Counted from the whole stretch's first letter, positions 38,620 through 51,433 are shown. The stretch is 63,154 nt of DNA, filler included, from Octopus bimaculoides (GCF_001194135.2; 6 parts of 5 records of this genome joined end to end with filler, not necessarily neighbours in it); one strand, 5' to 3'. Translations and numbers: made by a program. The notes: generated by a model not told the origin, from the letters alone.

Positions 38620-38712
38620 AATTTGAACTTCTAACTTGTCTCTTGAGGTCTCCGGGTGAGATTTGTACAAATACAAAGTCAAACATATAATAACAACAAC
38701 AACAACAACAAC

Positions 38713-38782
<70 letters not shown>

Positions 38783-39084
38783 TCAATAATAGCCCCAAAG
38801 GACGAAAGTTTTAATATGAAAAAATAGCAAAGTACCGCGATCTAGTTATTGAAGTACAGAGACTATAAACATTACGTGTAAAATGTATCTCTGTAATTAT
38901 AGATGCGTTGGCAACTATCCCTAAAGATCTGCACAGATGTATAGAGGTAATTGGCATAAAACCCAGTTTAGTATAGCTCAAAAAAAAAGAAAAAGTGAAA
39001 AACAGTGTTATTAGGGATATTTGGGATGTTTAGGGCGTTTGTTGGCATCTAAGATTACTTGCTTTAGTCTGATGTAAATGAAAA

Positions 39085-39085
<1 letters not shown>
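38620..39085 (+). pseudogene. Two stacked Dong/R4-like 3' ends separated by (AAC)n(AAT)n and followed by (TAC)n
   Basis: 3'UTR-like gaggtctccgggtgaga...; EKIAKYRDLVIEVQRL*TLRVKCISVIIDALATIPKDL. Confidence 0.72.
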
Positions 39086-39144
<59 letters not shown>

Positions 39145-39148
39145 TACT

Positions 39149-39179
<31 letters not shown>

Positions 39180-39607
39180 TTGATGATGATGATATGATGA
39201 TGATGATTATGATGATGATTATGATGATGATGATATGATGATGATGATTATGATGATGATGATGACGACGACGATGATGATGATAATAATAAAAATTAAA
39301 TGCAATACACACAGTACAGGTGTTTCTTATTGATATAATGACAAATGTTACAGTAATATGTGTTTTTGTGTTCATATTTGTTTATGTAGGTGTGTCGGTG
39401 TGTATGTGTTCGTGAGTATGCATGTATGCATATGTGTTTCTATGTTAAAATAGTAAAAAAAAAAAAAAAAATACGCAGTAACGTACGCTCTGTTCAGTGA
39501 AAAATTAACTGACAGACATCTTATTACTTGGATTGCAATGGAATTTTCTATTTATTATATCAAAAATGACAGTCGCTCGGAGACACAAAGTGAAATTCAA
39601 TTAGGAT

Positions 39608-39641
<34 letters not shown>

Positions 39642-39858
39642 GTGTGTGTGTGTATGAAACACATGCACACATATACAAATATGCTTCGTACATATAGACA
39701 GTTAAATGTGTATATTATGTTAATATTCGGCGTCGCTAAAATAAATATTGACATGATCTCTTGTAAAACCAGACACCTTATTCACAGTATATTGATGGCA
39801 AAATAATTATAAACTTTTAATAATCTCGACTAGTTTATATAATTTGTTTGTATTTTAC

Positions 39859-39920
39859 ATATTTAGAGAAACTAGACTTTCTAGTGATGTCGACAGATGG
39901 TAGGTATTAACTTCATAAGC
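39859..39920 (-). CDS. Candidate exon (AYEVNTYHLSTSLESLVSLN)
   Basis: Acceptor gatttaccttcag, donor AT|gtaaaa; separated from the upstream exon by a 105-nt GT-AG intron in matching phase. Confidence 0.42.
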
Positions 39921-40025
39921 CTGAAGGTAAATCAATTATTTACAGATTTTTACGATGATCTCCATAACTACTTTTATCCAGTTAACTAACGAATATGCCG
40001 ATGAAATTGATTTCTAAGTTTTTAC

Positions 40026-40075
40026 CTCAGAACACCCATAAATAATCCCAGCAGGGATTATGGCTGAAGCAGTAT
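40026..40075 (-). CDS. Candidate exon (xTASAIIPAGIIYGCSE)
   Basis: Acceptor aaaatgcag, donor GAG|gtaaaa; phase 1 to 0 fits both neighbours. Confidence 0.42.
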
Positions 40076-41047
40076 CTGCATTTTGTTATTTCTTTAAACA
40101 TTAATTATTAGCCTTTTTCTTTAGCATTACACATTAAGATAACTTCATTTCTATTGTTTTCGTTTAGAACTTTAATTCCCTATGTAAGCAGACAGTCGCC
40201 ATATTAACTTTAAGATAATTATTTACTTATTGACTATTTCATACCGTTAATAGGGTATTAAAATACAACTTCCTGAAATTGCTTTAGGAATTATTTAGAA
40301 AATGAACTTATACTGAAGATAAAGAGATAGGGAGGTATTATTCAAATGTCAATATCTAAAGTTGGTTTTGAAAGCACATTGTGAAGCATTTATGTATTAT
40401 TATAAATAATTTTTGTGAAATATAAACGAAAATAATTTGAATCTAAACTCTACTTGTTGTTTTCAAAAGTTGTATTATTTGTTAAACATTTAATAATTCA
40501 ATTTACGGAGTTATATTAATACTATTTAAACATGTACAATGGTGTGTATATCAAACTGATATTGCGAAATATATGTGTAAGTAAAACGCATATACTGCAT
40601 GCCGCATTCAAAAAAATCTATTCGATTGACTGGTATAGTCTGTGTCATAGACACAATCCAACCTCAGGCAATATATATTCACTATGTATTCGCAATTTGT
40701 GCCGATAGCAAGAGACACTTTTCACTAACGAAATGTTTTGTCTCAAGTGAACATCACTCAGGCAATGTGAATTTATTCCATTCTGCCTCTGTCCTTACGA
40801 TGGCATCAACATTTCAGGGTTCGAATATCAAAGAGGTTTCATAGCATTTGTCCCAAAGCATCCGACTGAGGTAGATTTTCATCTTTCATCCTTCCGTATT
40901 TAGTAAATAAGTACCAAACTTTGGGATGTGCATTGGTAGAGCGTTTGGACTCGTCGCAACGGATGCCATGTATTTGTTCAACACTTTGCGTTATAGGTTC
41001 AAATGTCGGCATAGCCTGCTTTGGTGGTGAACACAACACGTTATCAC

Positions 41048-41211
41048 CATCATCTGGCTCCTTGTGTTCATACTGTGGAGTCCTCTTTGTTGCAAGTATT
41101 TCGGTGACTGTTATTGTTTGTAGGAGAGTATGCTGAAAAATTCCTGGCTTAGTGTATTGGCTGCATACAATTTGCTGAGCCGCATTGATAACAGCCTGTA
41201 TGGTTGATGGA
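41048..41211 (-). CDS. Candidate exon (xPSTIQAVINAAQQIVCSQYTKPGIFQHTLLQTITVTEILATKRTPQYEHKEPDD)
   Basis: Acceptor gtaatacgtattctag, 54 open codons, donor GATG|gtgata; phase 2 to 1. Confidence 0.48.
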
Positions 41212-41537
41212 CTAGAATACGTATTACAAAATAATTAATCCACCTACAATTATCTAACGCACACTCAAATATAACAGATTGTAATGCGAACGAAAATTGC
41301 CTCTCTATATGCATTATCATTAATGGGTTGTCACGAGAAGAAACTTCACGAAGACTTTACCCAAGTTTTCGGAGACGCATTCTACAAGTAGCTAAAAGAA
41401 AACTGGAAAAGGTACTAACATGTTTGTTTAATGTAATACAGGAAGATCTAAATACACCTATGGAATCTAATATTCCAATATATAATATAAGCAACAGTAT
41501 TCGCGATGGAGTTTAATCAGAAATAAATTTCAGATAC

Positions 41538-41617
41538 TTTATCATGAATAAATGTACACTAATTGAAGCTAATATCAACAATAGTCTCACAGACTGAAAG
41601 CAATAAATACTTTTCAT
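41538..41617 (-). CDS. Candidate first coding exon, signal-peptide or TM-like (MKSIYCFQSVRLLLILASISVHLFMI)
   Basis: Acceptor gtattttcag at 41629, ATG 11 nt into the exon, hydrophobic core, donor AA|gtatct in phase 2. Confidence 0.45.
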
Positions 41618-41903
41618 ATTCTTTAACCCTGAAAATACCATAGGCCAAATTCATTTCCACTCAACAAAAATTGTCAGAAATGAAACACGACCAAGAGTGA
41701 CGAAAGAGTTAAGACTACAAAAATATATTAATACAAAGAAGATTACTTCTTAATCTTATAAATGGAATAGAAATGGTAAAATATTTAGATAACCATGATC
41801 GCAGGAAAAAGTAATAGTAAGGCCTAGAAAAATGTTTTACCATTTATGTCTACATTTAATGCAAATAAATATGAAGTAGTTCACGATATTCAAAACAACT
41901 TAC

Positions 41904-42059
41904 CTCTCCTAGTACGAGATCAAACGATAAAAAGAAATTGGATAACGAAGAAATCTCCATGAAATATAACCACATTTAAAACAAATAACCTATCCTACTT
42001 GATGATGAAGCGATGAAAAAATATCAGATAATCAGCAGATTATCAAAAGCAGAACGCAG
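41904..42059 (-). other. Candidate 5' UTR exon
   Basis: Consensus donor GAG|gtaagt at 41903, acceptor ctgtcttcag at 42060. Confidence 0.35.
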
Positions 42060-43056
42060 CTGAAGACAGTTAAACATATTTTTACTAGAGCAAAGTATTG
42101 CAAACAAGCGTTCAACTCCATGGATACTCTATGAATTAGAGGGAGCAGTGCTACAGATGGGGTTGGGGTTCAAACTTAAGAATGAAGAAGTCTTAAAAAA
42201 AAACTCCATTGGTTACTAATAAACTTTAACTTAAATCATTGCTTTGCGAATGCTTGGTAAGATTGGGCAGATTGAATTATCTCTCGCAAAAAAAAAAAAA
42301 TGAGAGGCAAGTTTTGTTAAGTGAAATGAGAAACAAAACGTGCTGGAATGAAGCTGCCGAATTTTAAGATATTTCCATTTTTGAAATGCTCAAAATAAAC
42401 CACGGAACTACAACGGTTAAAGAACGCGGGACAATCCATAATGATATATGAAGCCAACATGAACAATTGACAATTAGTTTGAATAGATTACGACAAACAT
42501 AGAGCGAAATGAGTTTTCAGATACACATAAATGTCTTTGCACGTGCGTATTCAAATATACAATATGCATTCTTTGAAAACTTTAACCTAACCAATCAAGC
42601 TCCTAGCTTAACAATCCTCACATTATTGTTTATAAGAAATTACCTGTCATTAAAATTCCTTACTTAACACACTTTATGCTATGACACGATAACTTCATTC
42701 CGCTCCACCTGCAACAAATTCACAACTCATTATAGATTGTCATTACTGTAGCTACTATACACATATTCGTTTTATAAGCGACTGCTGTGCGTAACTGGTT
42801 TAAATATAAGTTTAAAAGAACGGGTATATCTAAAAGAAAAGCTACTCCTGTATTTTCACTTTTAATTTTACTAATAAAATGTCATTTATATATTACTTGA
42901 AGAGTAAAATATTTTATAACTACTATGGACGATCTTGTCAATTGGTTTTGCACTTGGGGTTCAACGGAAAGTTACGTTTCAGCACGACCATGTAACCCTG
43001 CGCTCTTTAGAGATAGCCGTTATGGCGAATGCCCTGTAATGTTGAAGGTTTGGAGG

Positions 43057-43124
<68 letters not shown>

Positions 43125-43125
<1 letters not shown>

Positions 43126-43385
43126 GACCTGTTTCTGTCAGTTTCAGACTACAACATCGACTTGTAACACATTAGTAGGATGGCTGAAAGATATAATAGA
43201 CGCTTGTCAGAATGCCACGCAGTGGGACAGCGTATAGAATCATGGATTTGGGACACTTCTTCCCACGCAGCCACACCTGGCAGCACATGCTCACAGACAC
43301 ACATATATTTGTTTATTCTTTTACTTGTTCCAGTCATTTTACTGTGGCAATGCTTGAGTACCGCCTTATAGACATGATAGCTGCT
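43125..43385 (-). mobile_element. SINE family A, degenerate
   Basis: Head and tail remnants in reverse orientation next to (TA)n. Confidence 0.65.
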
Positions 43386-43440
43386 CACTTCTGCATGCAA
43401 TATATACATATATATATTTTAAGCGTACACACAGTCCCTG

Positions 43441-43745
43441 AATTTGCAACAGTGGAGACGCAATGACTCGGTGGTTAGGGCAATGAACTCGTGGTCGGAG
43501 AATCGCAGTTTCGATTCCCAGACCGGGCGTTGTGAGTGTTTATTCAGCGAAATCACCTAAGCTCTACGAGGCTCCGGCAGGGGATGGTGGCGACCACTGT
43601 TGTACTCTTTTGCCCCAACCTTCTAGTACGCTTTCTTCCTGTTTCTTGAGTAACGCTGCAATGGATTGGCGTTCCGTCCAGCTGTGGGGAACGCATACGC
43701 CATAGAATACGGGAAACCGGGCCCATGGGCCTGGTGAGACTTTGA
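43441..43745 (+). mobile_element. SINE family C (tRNA head plus V-domain-like core)
   Basis: ggagacgcaatgactcggtggttagggc...gtttcgattcccagaccggg; core gctgcaatggattggcgttccgtccagc resembles the V-SINE GCGATGGACTGGCG-CC-GTCCAG motif. Confidence 0.75.
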
Positions 43746-43828
43746 ATGTACGAAGTTTATCGTGTTTCGTTATCCCCACACACACATATACGTAGACACA
43801 CACACATACACACACACACACACACACT

Positions 43829-43873
<45 letters not shown>

Positions 43874-44008
43874 GNNNNNNNNNNNNNNNNNNNNNNNNNN
43901 NNNNNNNNNNNNNNNNNNTTAATTAATTAANNNNNNNNNNNNNNNNNNNNNNNNNNNNNNNNNNNNNNNNNNNNACATCAATTAGAAAGCAATTTTTTTC
44001 TTCATGAT

Positions 44009-44127
<119 letters not shown>

Positions 44128-44179
44128 GATTATTATTATTATTATTATTATTATTATGATTATTGATTGATTGGTTGAT

Positions 44180-44739
44180 TGAGAGAGCAGTGCATGACAT
44201 CAAAGTGACACTGGAGTAAAATATACGGAGCCCAGTATACCCATCATGAGTACCCGTCTGATAAGGGTACACCAGGCACATGCGTCACAACCATATGTGC
44301 GTGACATGGTGATCTCATATCAAGATAAACAGTGCATGACCTTGCAGGTTAAACTCAGCTAGAATTTTCATCAGGTCGAGTAGCCCATCCCACTCAAAAG
44401 ATCCCTGAATAAAGGTTGTCTAAGGATGTTGATCGAAACACCCATGTTTCCAGAGGTGATTTATTCAACCCCCAAAGAACTCCTCTCAACACATGGCTAT
44501 GATGCTCCCCNNNNNNNNNNTAGTCCTGGTGTTTTTGTTATGCATTTGTCTGAATATTTTTTTTATCATATTTAATGCGCCCACCATCATAGGAATTGTT
44601 TTTGTTTTCAGACTCCACATTCGATCCACCTCTATTTCCAGGCCTCCGCATTTTGAAAGTTTCTCCATTTCTTTTAGAGAAACGTTGTCATCTGTTGGTA
44701 TTGATACATCAATTAGAAAGCAATTTTTTTCTTCATGAT

Positions 44740-44813
<74 letters not shown>

Positions 44814-44832
44814 CATCATCATCATCATCATG

Positions 44833-44900
<68 letters not shown>

Positions 44901-45335
44901 CATCATCATCATCATNNNNNNNNNNNNNNNNNNNNNNNNNNNNNNNNNNNNNNNNNNNNNNNNNNNNNNNNNNNNNNNNNNNNNNNNNNNNNNNNNNNNN
45001 NNNNNNNNNNNNNNNNNNNNNNNNNNNNNNNNNNNNNNNNNNNNNNNNNNNNNNNNNNNNNNNNNNNNNNNNNNNNNNNNNNNNNNNNNNNNNNNNNNNN
45101 NNNNNNNNNNNNNNNNNNNCCACTACTTCTGCTCGTGATCAGAGATGCACATATCGTCAGCCGCTAAGGAACATGCTCAACTGGTTAAAGTCAAACAACT
45201 GACAAGCAAATCTGTGGTATTGAGCAGAATATTTGCTGTAGCCCATCTTTTATACCAAGACAAATCAATGTACATGATAACACTTCCAATCAGTTAAGAT
45301 CAGAAGACATGAGAGCCACTGCTTGGTACTGCATC
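44180..45335 (-). mobile_element. Non-coding repeat family F (about 550 bp), split by a Dong/R4 fragment (44521-44740) and trinucleotide arrays
   Basis: 44180-44510 and 45120-45335 together are collinear with the contiguous copy at 46965-47430; 44521-44740 encodes (minus) LEIEVDRMWSLKTKTIPMMVGALNMIKK. Confidence 0.8.
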
Positions 45336-45339
45336 AGGG

Positions 45340-45406
<67 letters not shown>

Positions 45407-45407
45407 G

Positions 45408-45960
45408 GAGTATCCGCACGCTGTATTTTGAAAAACAACCGCAAGAGAGGTAAGCCATGTTCATTGTGCAACAACATGAGTCAAGTGAATTCCATTAGGA
45501 ATCATAACAGAAATGTTATGATTTATACAGAAGGTGGGACATGTAGAGGCTCTCATTTAGTGCACGCGGCAGAATGCATGAAACTTAGCTTGATTTATGT
45601 TGGTTGTACAACAAAACAATTAAACAAAAGGTTTAATGGGCACAGATTCGACGTCAGGCACAATAACAGTAGTTCGACAGAACTTGCTGAACATTTCGTT
45701 TCAAACGGCTACAATTTTGAAGAAGACTTGAAAGTGCATATTCTCAGAAAATATCCTGAATCTACCCCACTTTCACTTCTCAGAATGTATCAGGAGAAAT
45801 ATGTTTGCGGGTTATTAACATCACGCCCTGGTGGAATGAATAAAATGACAGAATATCATCAAAGTTTCTTTTTTCTGTCTTCTTCTTTTCTGTCATTTTC
45901 TTTTCGCCTGTTATAAAATTATAACTTAAAAACTGATGATGTCATTCCATCAACGTGTGG
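45408..45960 (+). pseudogene. Penelope-like element 3' part: GIY-YIG endonuclease (open frame) and start of pLTR
   Basis: CSLC..TCRGSHLVHAAECMKLSLIYVGCTTKQLNKRFNGHRFDV..TELAEHF..EKYVCGLLTSRPGGMN; CTGATGA at 45933. Confidence 0.85.
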
Positions 45961-46336
45961 NNNNNNNNNNNNNNNNNNNNNNNNNNNNNNNNNNNNNNNN
46001 NNNNNNNNNNNNNNNNNNNNNNNNNNNNNNNNNNNNNNNNNNNNNNNNNNNNNNNNNNNNNNNNNNNNNNNNNNNNNNNNNNNNNNNNNNNNNNNNNNNN
46101 NNNNNNNNNNNNNNNNNNNNNNNNNNNNNNNNNNNNNNNNNNNNNNNNNNNNNNNNNNNNNNNNNNNNNNNNNNNNNNNNNNNNNNNNNNNNNNNNNNNN
46201 NNNNNNNNNNNNNNNNNNNNNNNNNNNNNNNNNNNNNNNNNNNNNNNNNNNNNNNNNNNNNNNNNNNNNNNNNNNNNNNNNNNNNNNNNNNNNNNNNNNN
46301 NNNNNNNNNNNNNNNNNNNNNNNNNNNNNNNNNNNN

Positions 46337-46398
<62 letters not shown>

Positions 46399-46455
46399 AA
46401 GAAGAAGAAGAAGAAGAAGAAGAAGAAGAAGAAGAAGAAGAAGAAGAAGAAAAAA

Positions 46456-46504
<49 letters not shown>

Positions 46505-46509
<5 letters not shown>

Positions 46510-46915
46510 CTTGCAACAGATTAGACTGTTGGAAAAGGAAAATTTCAAACATCGGGCTACAACAAGCAGCCTTAGATGCCAAGGACCTTCCTAAGCATCC
46601 TAGCTGTCCCTAATAACACTGTTTTCTAGAGCTGTACTAAATTGAGGTTTAAGCCTATTTCCTTTATCCATCTGTTCAAATCTTAAGGGATAGTACCTAA
46701 TGCACTTATAACTACTGGGATACATTTTACCCGCACTTTCCATAGTCTCTGTAATTCAATAGCTAGGTCCTGGTACTTTGCTATCTTTTCTATACCCGTC
46801 ATATTGATTTTTTCATCATTTGGGACTGTGAAGTCAATTATTCTCTTTAAATCAAATCTTCAGCTTCTATTACCCTGTCAGTCTGAATGTTAAAGTCCCA
46901 CAACAGCTTATATTT
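46505..46915 (-). pseudogene. Dong/R4-like RLE domain and 3' end with (AAT)n tail
   Basis: LLWDFNIQTDRVIEA..IIDFTVPND..EKIAKYQDLAIELQRLWKVRVKCIPVVISALGTIP..KTVLLGTARMLRKVL. Confidence 0.88.
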
Positions 46916-46964
46916 CTTACGTCCTAGTACTTTACTAGGTTCATGTTAAATACCATTTATCAGT

Positions 46965-47430
46965 ATGGTGAGAACAGTGCATGCCATCAAAGTGACACTG
47001 GGGTAAAATATACGAAGCCCAATATACCCATCATGACTACCCGTCTGAAAAGGCTACGCCAGGCACATGCATCACGACCATATGTGAGCGACATGGTGAT
47101 TTCATATCAAGATAAACAGCGCATGACCTAGTAGGTTAGACCCAGATAGAATTTTCATCAGGTCGAGTAACCCATCCTACTCAGAAGATCCCTGAATAAG
47201 GGTTGTTTTAGGATGTTGAACGAAACACGAATGTTTCCAGAGATAAATTATTCAAGCCCCCAAAAATTCTTCTCAACACATGGCTATGATGTTCCTCCAC
47301 TACTTCTGCTCATGATCAGAGATGCACATGTCGTCAGCCACCAAGGGACATGCTCAACTGGTTTACGGTCAAACAATTGACAAGCAAATCTGTGGTATTG
47401 AGCAGAATATTTGCTGTAGCCCATCTTTTA
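46965..47430 (-). mobile_element. Repeat family F, second copy (truncated)
   Basis: Collinear with 44180-44510 plus 45120-45250. Confidence 0.82.
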
Positions 47431-47444
47431 TGTCATTATTATTA

Positions 47445-47850
47445 AGGTGTCGAGCTAACAGAATCGTTAGCGTGCCGGGAAAAATGCTTGGCGGTATTTC
47501 GTCCGTCTTTACGGTCTGAGTTGAAATTCCGTCGAGGTCGATTTTGTCTTTCAGCCTTTTGGGATCGATAAATTAAGTACCAGTTGAACGCTGGGGTCGA
47601 TGTAATCGACTCATCCCCTCTCCCAGAATGGTTGCCCTTCTGGCAAAATTTGAAACTACTATTAAGGCGACGAGCTGGCTAAATCATTAGCACATCGAAC
47701 AAAATGCTTAACGGCGTTTCTTTCTATTCAAATTCCGCCGCGATCGACTTTGCCTCTCATTTTTCGGGGTGAATAAAATAATCAGAAGTCGAGCACTGCA
47801 GTCGATACCTAACCACTCCCCCTCAAATCGATGTCTTGGTACCTACATTA
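47445..47850 (+). mobile_element. Two tandem SINE family B copies
   Basis: Heads aaggtgtcgagct and aaggcgacgagctgg, each with the family core. Confidence 0.8.
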
Positions 47851-48239
47851 AAATCATCATCACGCTTTTGAAATTACCAAAAAAAGTGACTGACGTCTTC
47901 TTATATTGGAACTTGACACATCATGAGTCATGTTGTCTGCACACTGATAACGCAATGCCCTCAGAATTTCTTGATAATCTGTTTAAGAAGTAAGTATTGT
48001 AACTGATATAAGAATTTTATTTTTTAGAAACCGACGCCTTGTCTCAAAACTCCTGTGACCCCCATCCCTAAAGGGTTTCCCTTTGACATGTGTTTTCAAT
48101 TGTGAGTTCACGATATCAAGGTTATGAACTACCTGTTCTGTTTAGAAGGTACTTCTGATAGAACCTAGTAGCTATTATCTCCAATATTTAGATGGTACCT
48201 TTAATAATATCTAGTAACTATTACCAATAATGTTTAGAT

Positions 48240-48500
48240 CAGTGGTTTTCAACCGAGGTCCATATAGCCCTTGAGGGTACATATAAGATTCGGTTGTTAA
48301 AATTCATCTGCAATGAATCGGTTATACTTCTACAATATACAGAATACTTTAACAATGTTTTTTTTTTATACAATTCCTAAAAATATTTAATTCTAAAAAT
48401 ATAACAGGATTTTTGAAAATCCTTTGATGGCTATGAAGGTCCGTCCGAGTAAAATAGGAATGAAAGGAGTCCATAGGTAAAAAGGGACTGAGGAACGCTG
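48240..48500. mobile_element. hAT (Charlie-like) MITE with 8-bp target-site duplication
   Basis: Termini cagtggttttcaacc / gggactgaggaacgctg; identical gtttagat at 48232-48239 and 48501-48508. Confidence 0.85.
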
Positions 48501-48679
48501 GTTTAGATGATACCTCTGATAGCATCTCGGGCTAATTAGTCGGGGTACTTTTTATGAACAAAAATGATACGTTGCTGGGTAATGCAAGGGAATACAAGGA
48601 GGGCCACGGATGGAATCTTATTGATCATATGTCTGTTCGATCAGGGCTGACCGAGGCTAAACAACACTACCAACAACAG

Positions 48680-49305
48680 CAACAATAATATTCTTTTCTA
48701 CTCTAGGCACAAGGCCCGAAATTTTGGGGGCGGGGCCAGTCGATTAGATCGACCCCAGTACACAACTGGTACTTAATTTATCGACTCCGAAAGGATGAAA
48801 AGTAAAGTCGACCTCGGCGGAATTTGAACTCAGACGAAATACCGCTAAACATTTCGCCCGGCGTGTTAACGTTTTTTATTTCTTTACTGCCCACAAGGGG
48901 CTACACAGAGGGGACAAAAAAGGACAGACAAAGGAATTAAGTCGATTAGATCGACCCCAGTGCGTAACTGGTACTTAATTTATCGACTCCGAAAGGATGA
49001 AAAGTAAGGTCGACCTCGGCGAAATTTGAATTCAGACGAAATACCGCTAAGCATTTCGCCCGGCGTGTTAACGTTTCTTATTTCTTTACTGCCCACTAGG
49101 GGCTACACAGAGGGGACAAACAAGGACAGACAAATGGATTAAGTCTATTAGATCGACCCAAGTGCGTCAGTGGTACTTAATTTATCGACCCCGAAAGGAT
49201 GAAAGGCAAAGTCGACCTCGGCGGAATTTGAACTCAGAACGTAGCGGCAGACGAAATACCGCTAAGCATTTCGCCCGGCATTCTAACGTTTCTGCTCGCC
49301 GCCTT
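48680..49305 (-). mobile_element. SINE family B head-to-tail trimer (units of about 200 bp)
   Basis: Units begin (plus strand) agtcgattagatcgacccc at about 48738, 48940 and 49142. Confidence 0.9.
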
Positions 49306-50144
49306 AGCAACCATAATATTACTACTACAACAATCCTATCACCAAACACCACCACTACCACGGCCGCTATCACCAATACTATCTATTCCGTCTCTACCAC
49401 AACACTTCTACCATGGCAACTGCCAACTAATNNNNNNNNNNNNNNNNNNNNNNNNNNNNNNNNNNNNNNNNNNNNNNNNNNNNNNNNNNNNNNNNNNNNN
49501 NNNNNNNNNNNNNNNNNNNNNNNNNNNNNNNNNNNNNNNNNNNNNNNNNNNNNNNNNNNNNNNNNNNNNNNNNNNNNNNNNNNNNNNNNNNNNNNNNNNN
49601 NNNNNNNNNNNNNNNNNNNNNNNNNNNNNNNNNNNNNNNNNNNNNNNNNNNNNNNNNNNNNNNNNNNNNNNNNNNNNNNNNNNNNNNNNNNNNNNNNNNN
49701 NNNNNNNNNNNNNNNNNNNNNNNNNNNNNNNNNNNNNNNNNNNNNNNNNNNNNNNNNNNNNNNNNNNNNNTAGACACGCACACTTATGTATGTATGTATG
49801 TATGTATGTATGTATGTATGTATGTATGTACGTATGTATGCGTGCGTGCGTGTATGTATGTATGTATGTATGTATGTATGTATGTATGTGTGTATGTATG
49901 TGTGTGTGTGTCTTTTATAACACTTGTTTCAGTCGTTAGACTGCGGTGGGGCAAAACCTTGAAGAATAGTATTCGAATAATTCTACCTCGGTACTTTTTT
50001 TTTAAAGCCTGGTACTCATTCTAACGGTCATTTTTGCCGTAAACAAATAGAAGTTGTCAAGCACACGCATACACACGCACGCACACATACACAAACACTC
50101 ACATACACACACACACCTACATACACACACACACATACACACAT

Positions 50145-50386
50145 ACACAGAACCAACCATAGCTCGCCGTTTCATCCTTCGTGGATATCCCCTCACCACT
50201 ATCCACACCGCCCTTGCCAGAGTACTTCTGTGGACCGTGCCTCTGCTCTCTCTCCCCGCACCCACCCCGCAGTTACCCCCTCCCGTTTCCCTCACCGATC
50301 ACCCCTCCACCCTGCCTCTCCAACGTACCATTCTCCGAGCCTTCCAGCGGTTCCAGTCCGACCCCACCACCTCACACATCTTCCCC
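50145..50386 (+). pseudogene. Penelope-like RT C-terminal fragment
   Basis: IARRFILRGYPLTTIHTALAR..PPVSLTDHPSTLPLQRTILRAFQRFQSDPTTSHIFP; same family as 16840-17114. Confidence 0.78.
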
Positions 50387-51159
50387 NNNNNNNNNNNNNN
50401 NNNNNNNNNNNNNNNNNNNNNNNNNNNNNNNNNNNNNNNNNNNNNNNNNNNNNNNNNNNNNNNNNNNNNNNNNNNNNNNNNNNNNNNNNNNNNNNNNNNN
50501 NNNNNNNNNNNNNNNNNNNNNNNNNNNNNNNNNNNNNNNNNNNNNNNNNNNNNNNNNNNNNNNNNNNNNNNNNNNNNNNNNNNNNNNNNNNNNNNNNNNN
50601 NNNNNNNNNNNNNNNNNNNNNNNNNNNNNNNNNNNNNNNNNNNNNNNNNNNNNNNNNNNNNNNNNNNNNNNNNNNNNNNNNNNNNNNNNNNNNNNNNNNN
50701 NNNNNNNNNNNNNNNNNNNNNNNNNNNNNNNNNNNNNNNNNNNNNNNNNNNNNNNNNNNNNNNNNNNNNNNNNNNNNNNNNNNNNNNNNNNNNNNNNNNN
50801 NNNNNNNNNNNNNNNNNNNNNNNNNNNNNNNNNNNNNNNNNNNNNNNNNNNNNNNNNNNNNNNNNNNNNNNNNNNNNNNNNNNNNNNNNNNNNNNNNNNN
50901 NNNNNNNNNNNNNNNNNNNNNNNCATGGGCTCAACTCCTCTCCCCTCTTCATCTCCTCTCTCCTCTCTTCATCTCCTCTCTCCTCTCTTCATCTCCTCTC
51001 TCCTCTCTTCATCTCCTCTCTCCTCTCTTCATCTCACACCTACTTCCTCTCCTCACTCTTATCCACCTCTCCCTTCTTTCCCTGACACCTACTTCCTCTC
51101 TTCACTCCCACCCACCTTTTCCCTTCATCGTTACTCCCTCCATCCAAACCCTAGCTCTC

Positions 51160-51332
51160 CTGTCTAACCACCTCTGTCCAGCCAGCCGCCATGATTGACC
51201 GCTAGCCCCTAAAGCTTTTTTTTATTCTCTGTCTATTTTTTCGTGTTCCTTTCAGTTGAAGAGCGTAGGCTCGAAACGTAAAAGACTTTCTCCCCTTCCC
51301 GAGCGTTAAACTAATACACTTGGTTGCTGTTT
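51160..51332 (+). mobile_element. Penelope-like 3' terminal sequence with hammerhead-like motif (51249-51284)
   Basis: cttt-CAGTTGA-A-GAG-cgtagg-CTC-GAAAC-GTA-aaag; lies downstream of the Penelope-like fragment across a gap. Confidence 0.6.
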
Positions 51333-51433
51333 NNNNNNNNNNNNNNNNNNNNNNNNNNNNNNNNNNNNNNNNNNNNTTAATTAATTAANNNNNNNNNNNN
51401 NNNNNNNNNNNNNNNNNNNNNNNNNNNNNNNNG

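Noticed and set aside
41355-41385. 31-nt micro-exon candidate (TCRMRLRKLG)
   Set aside because: Not needed for phase continuity, and its reading frame depends on weak donors; left out of the model
48680-49305. Regularly spaced repeats superficially like a CRISPR array
   Set aside because: Units are whole SINE monomers of about 200 bp with no unique spacers; eukaryotic context and no cas genes
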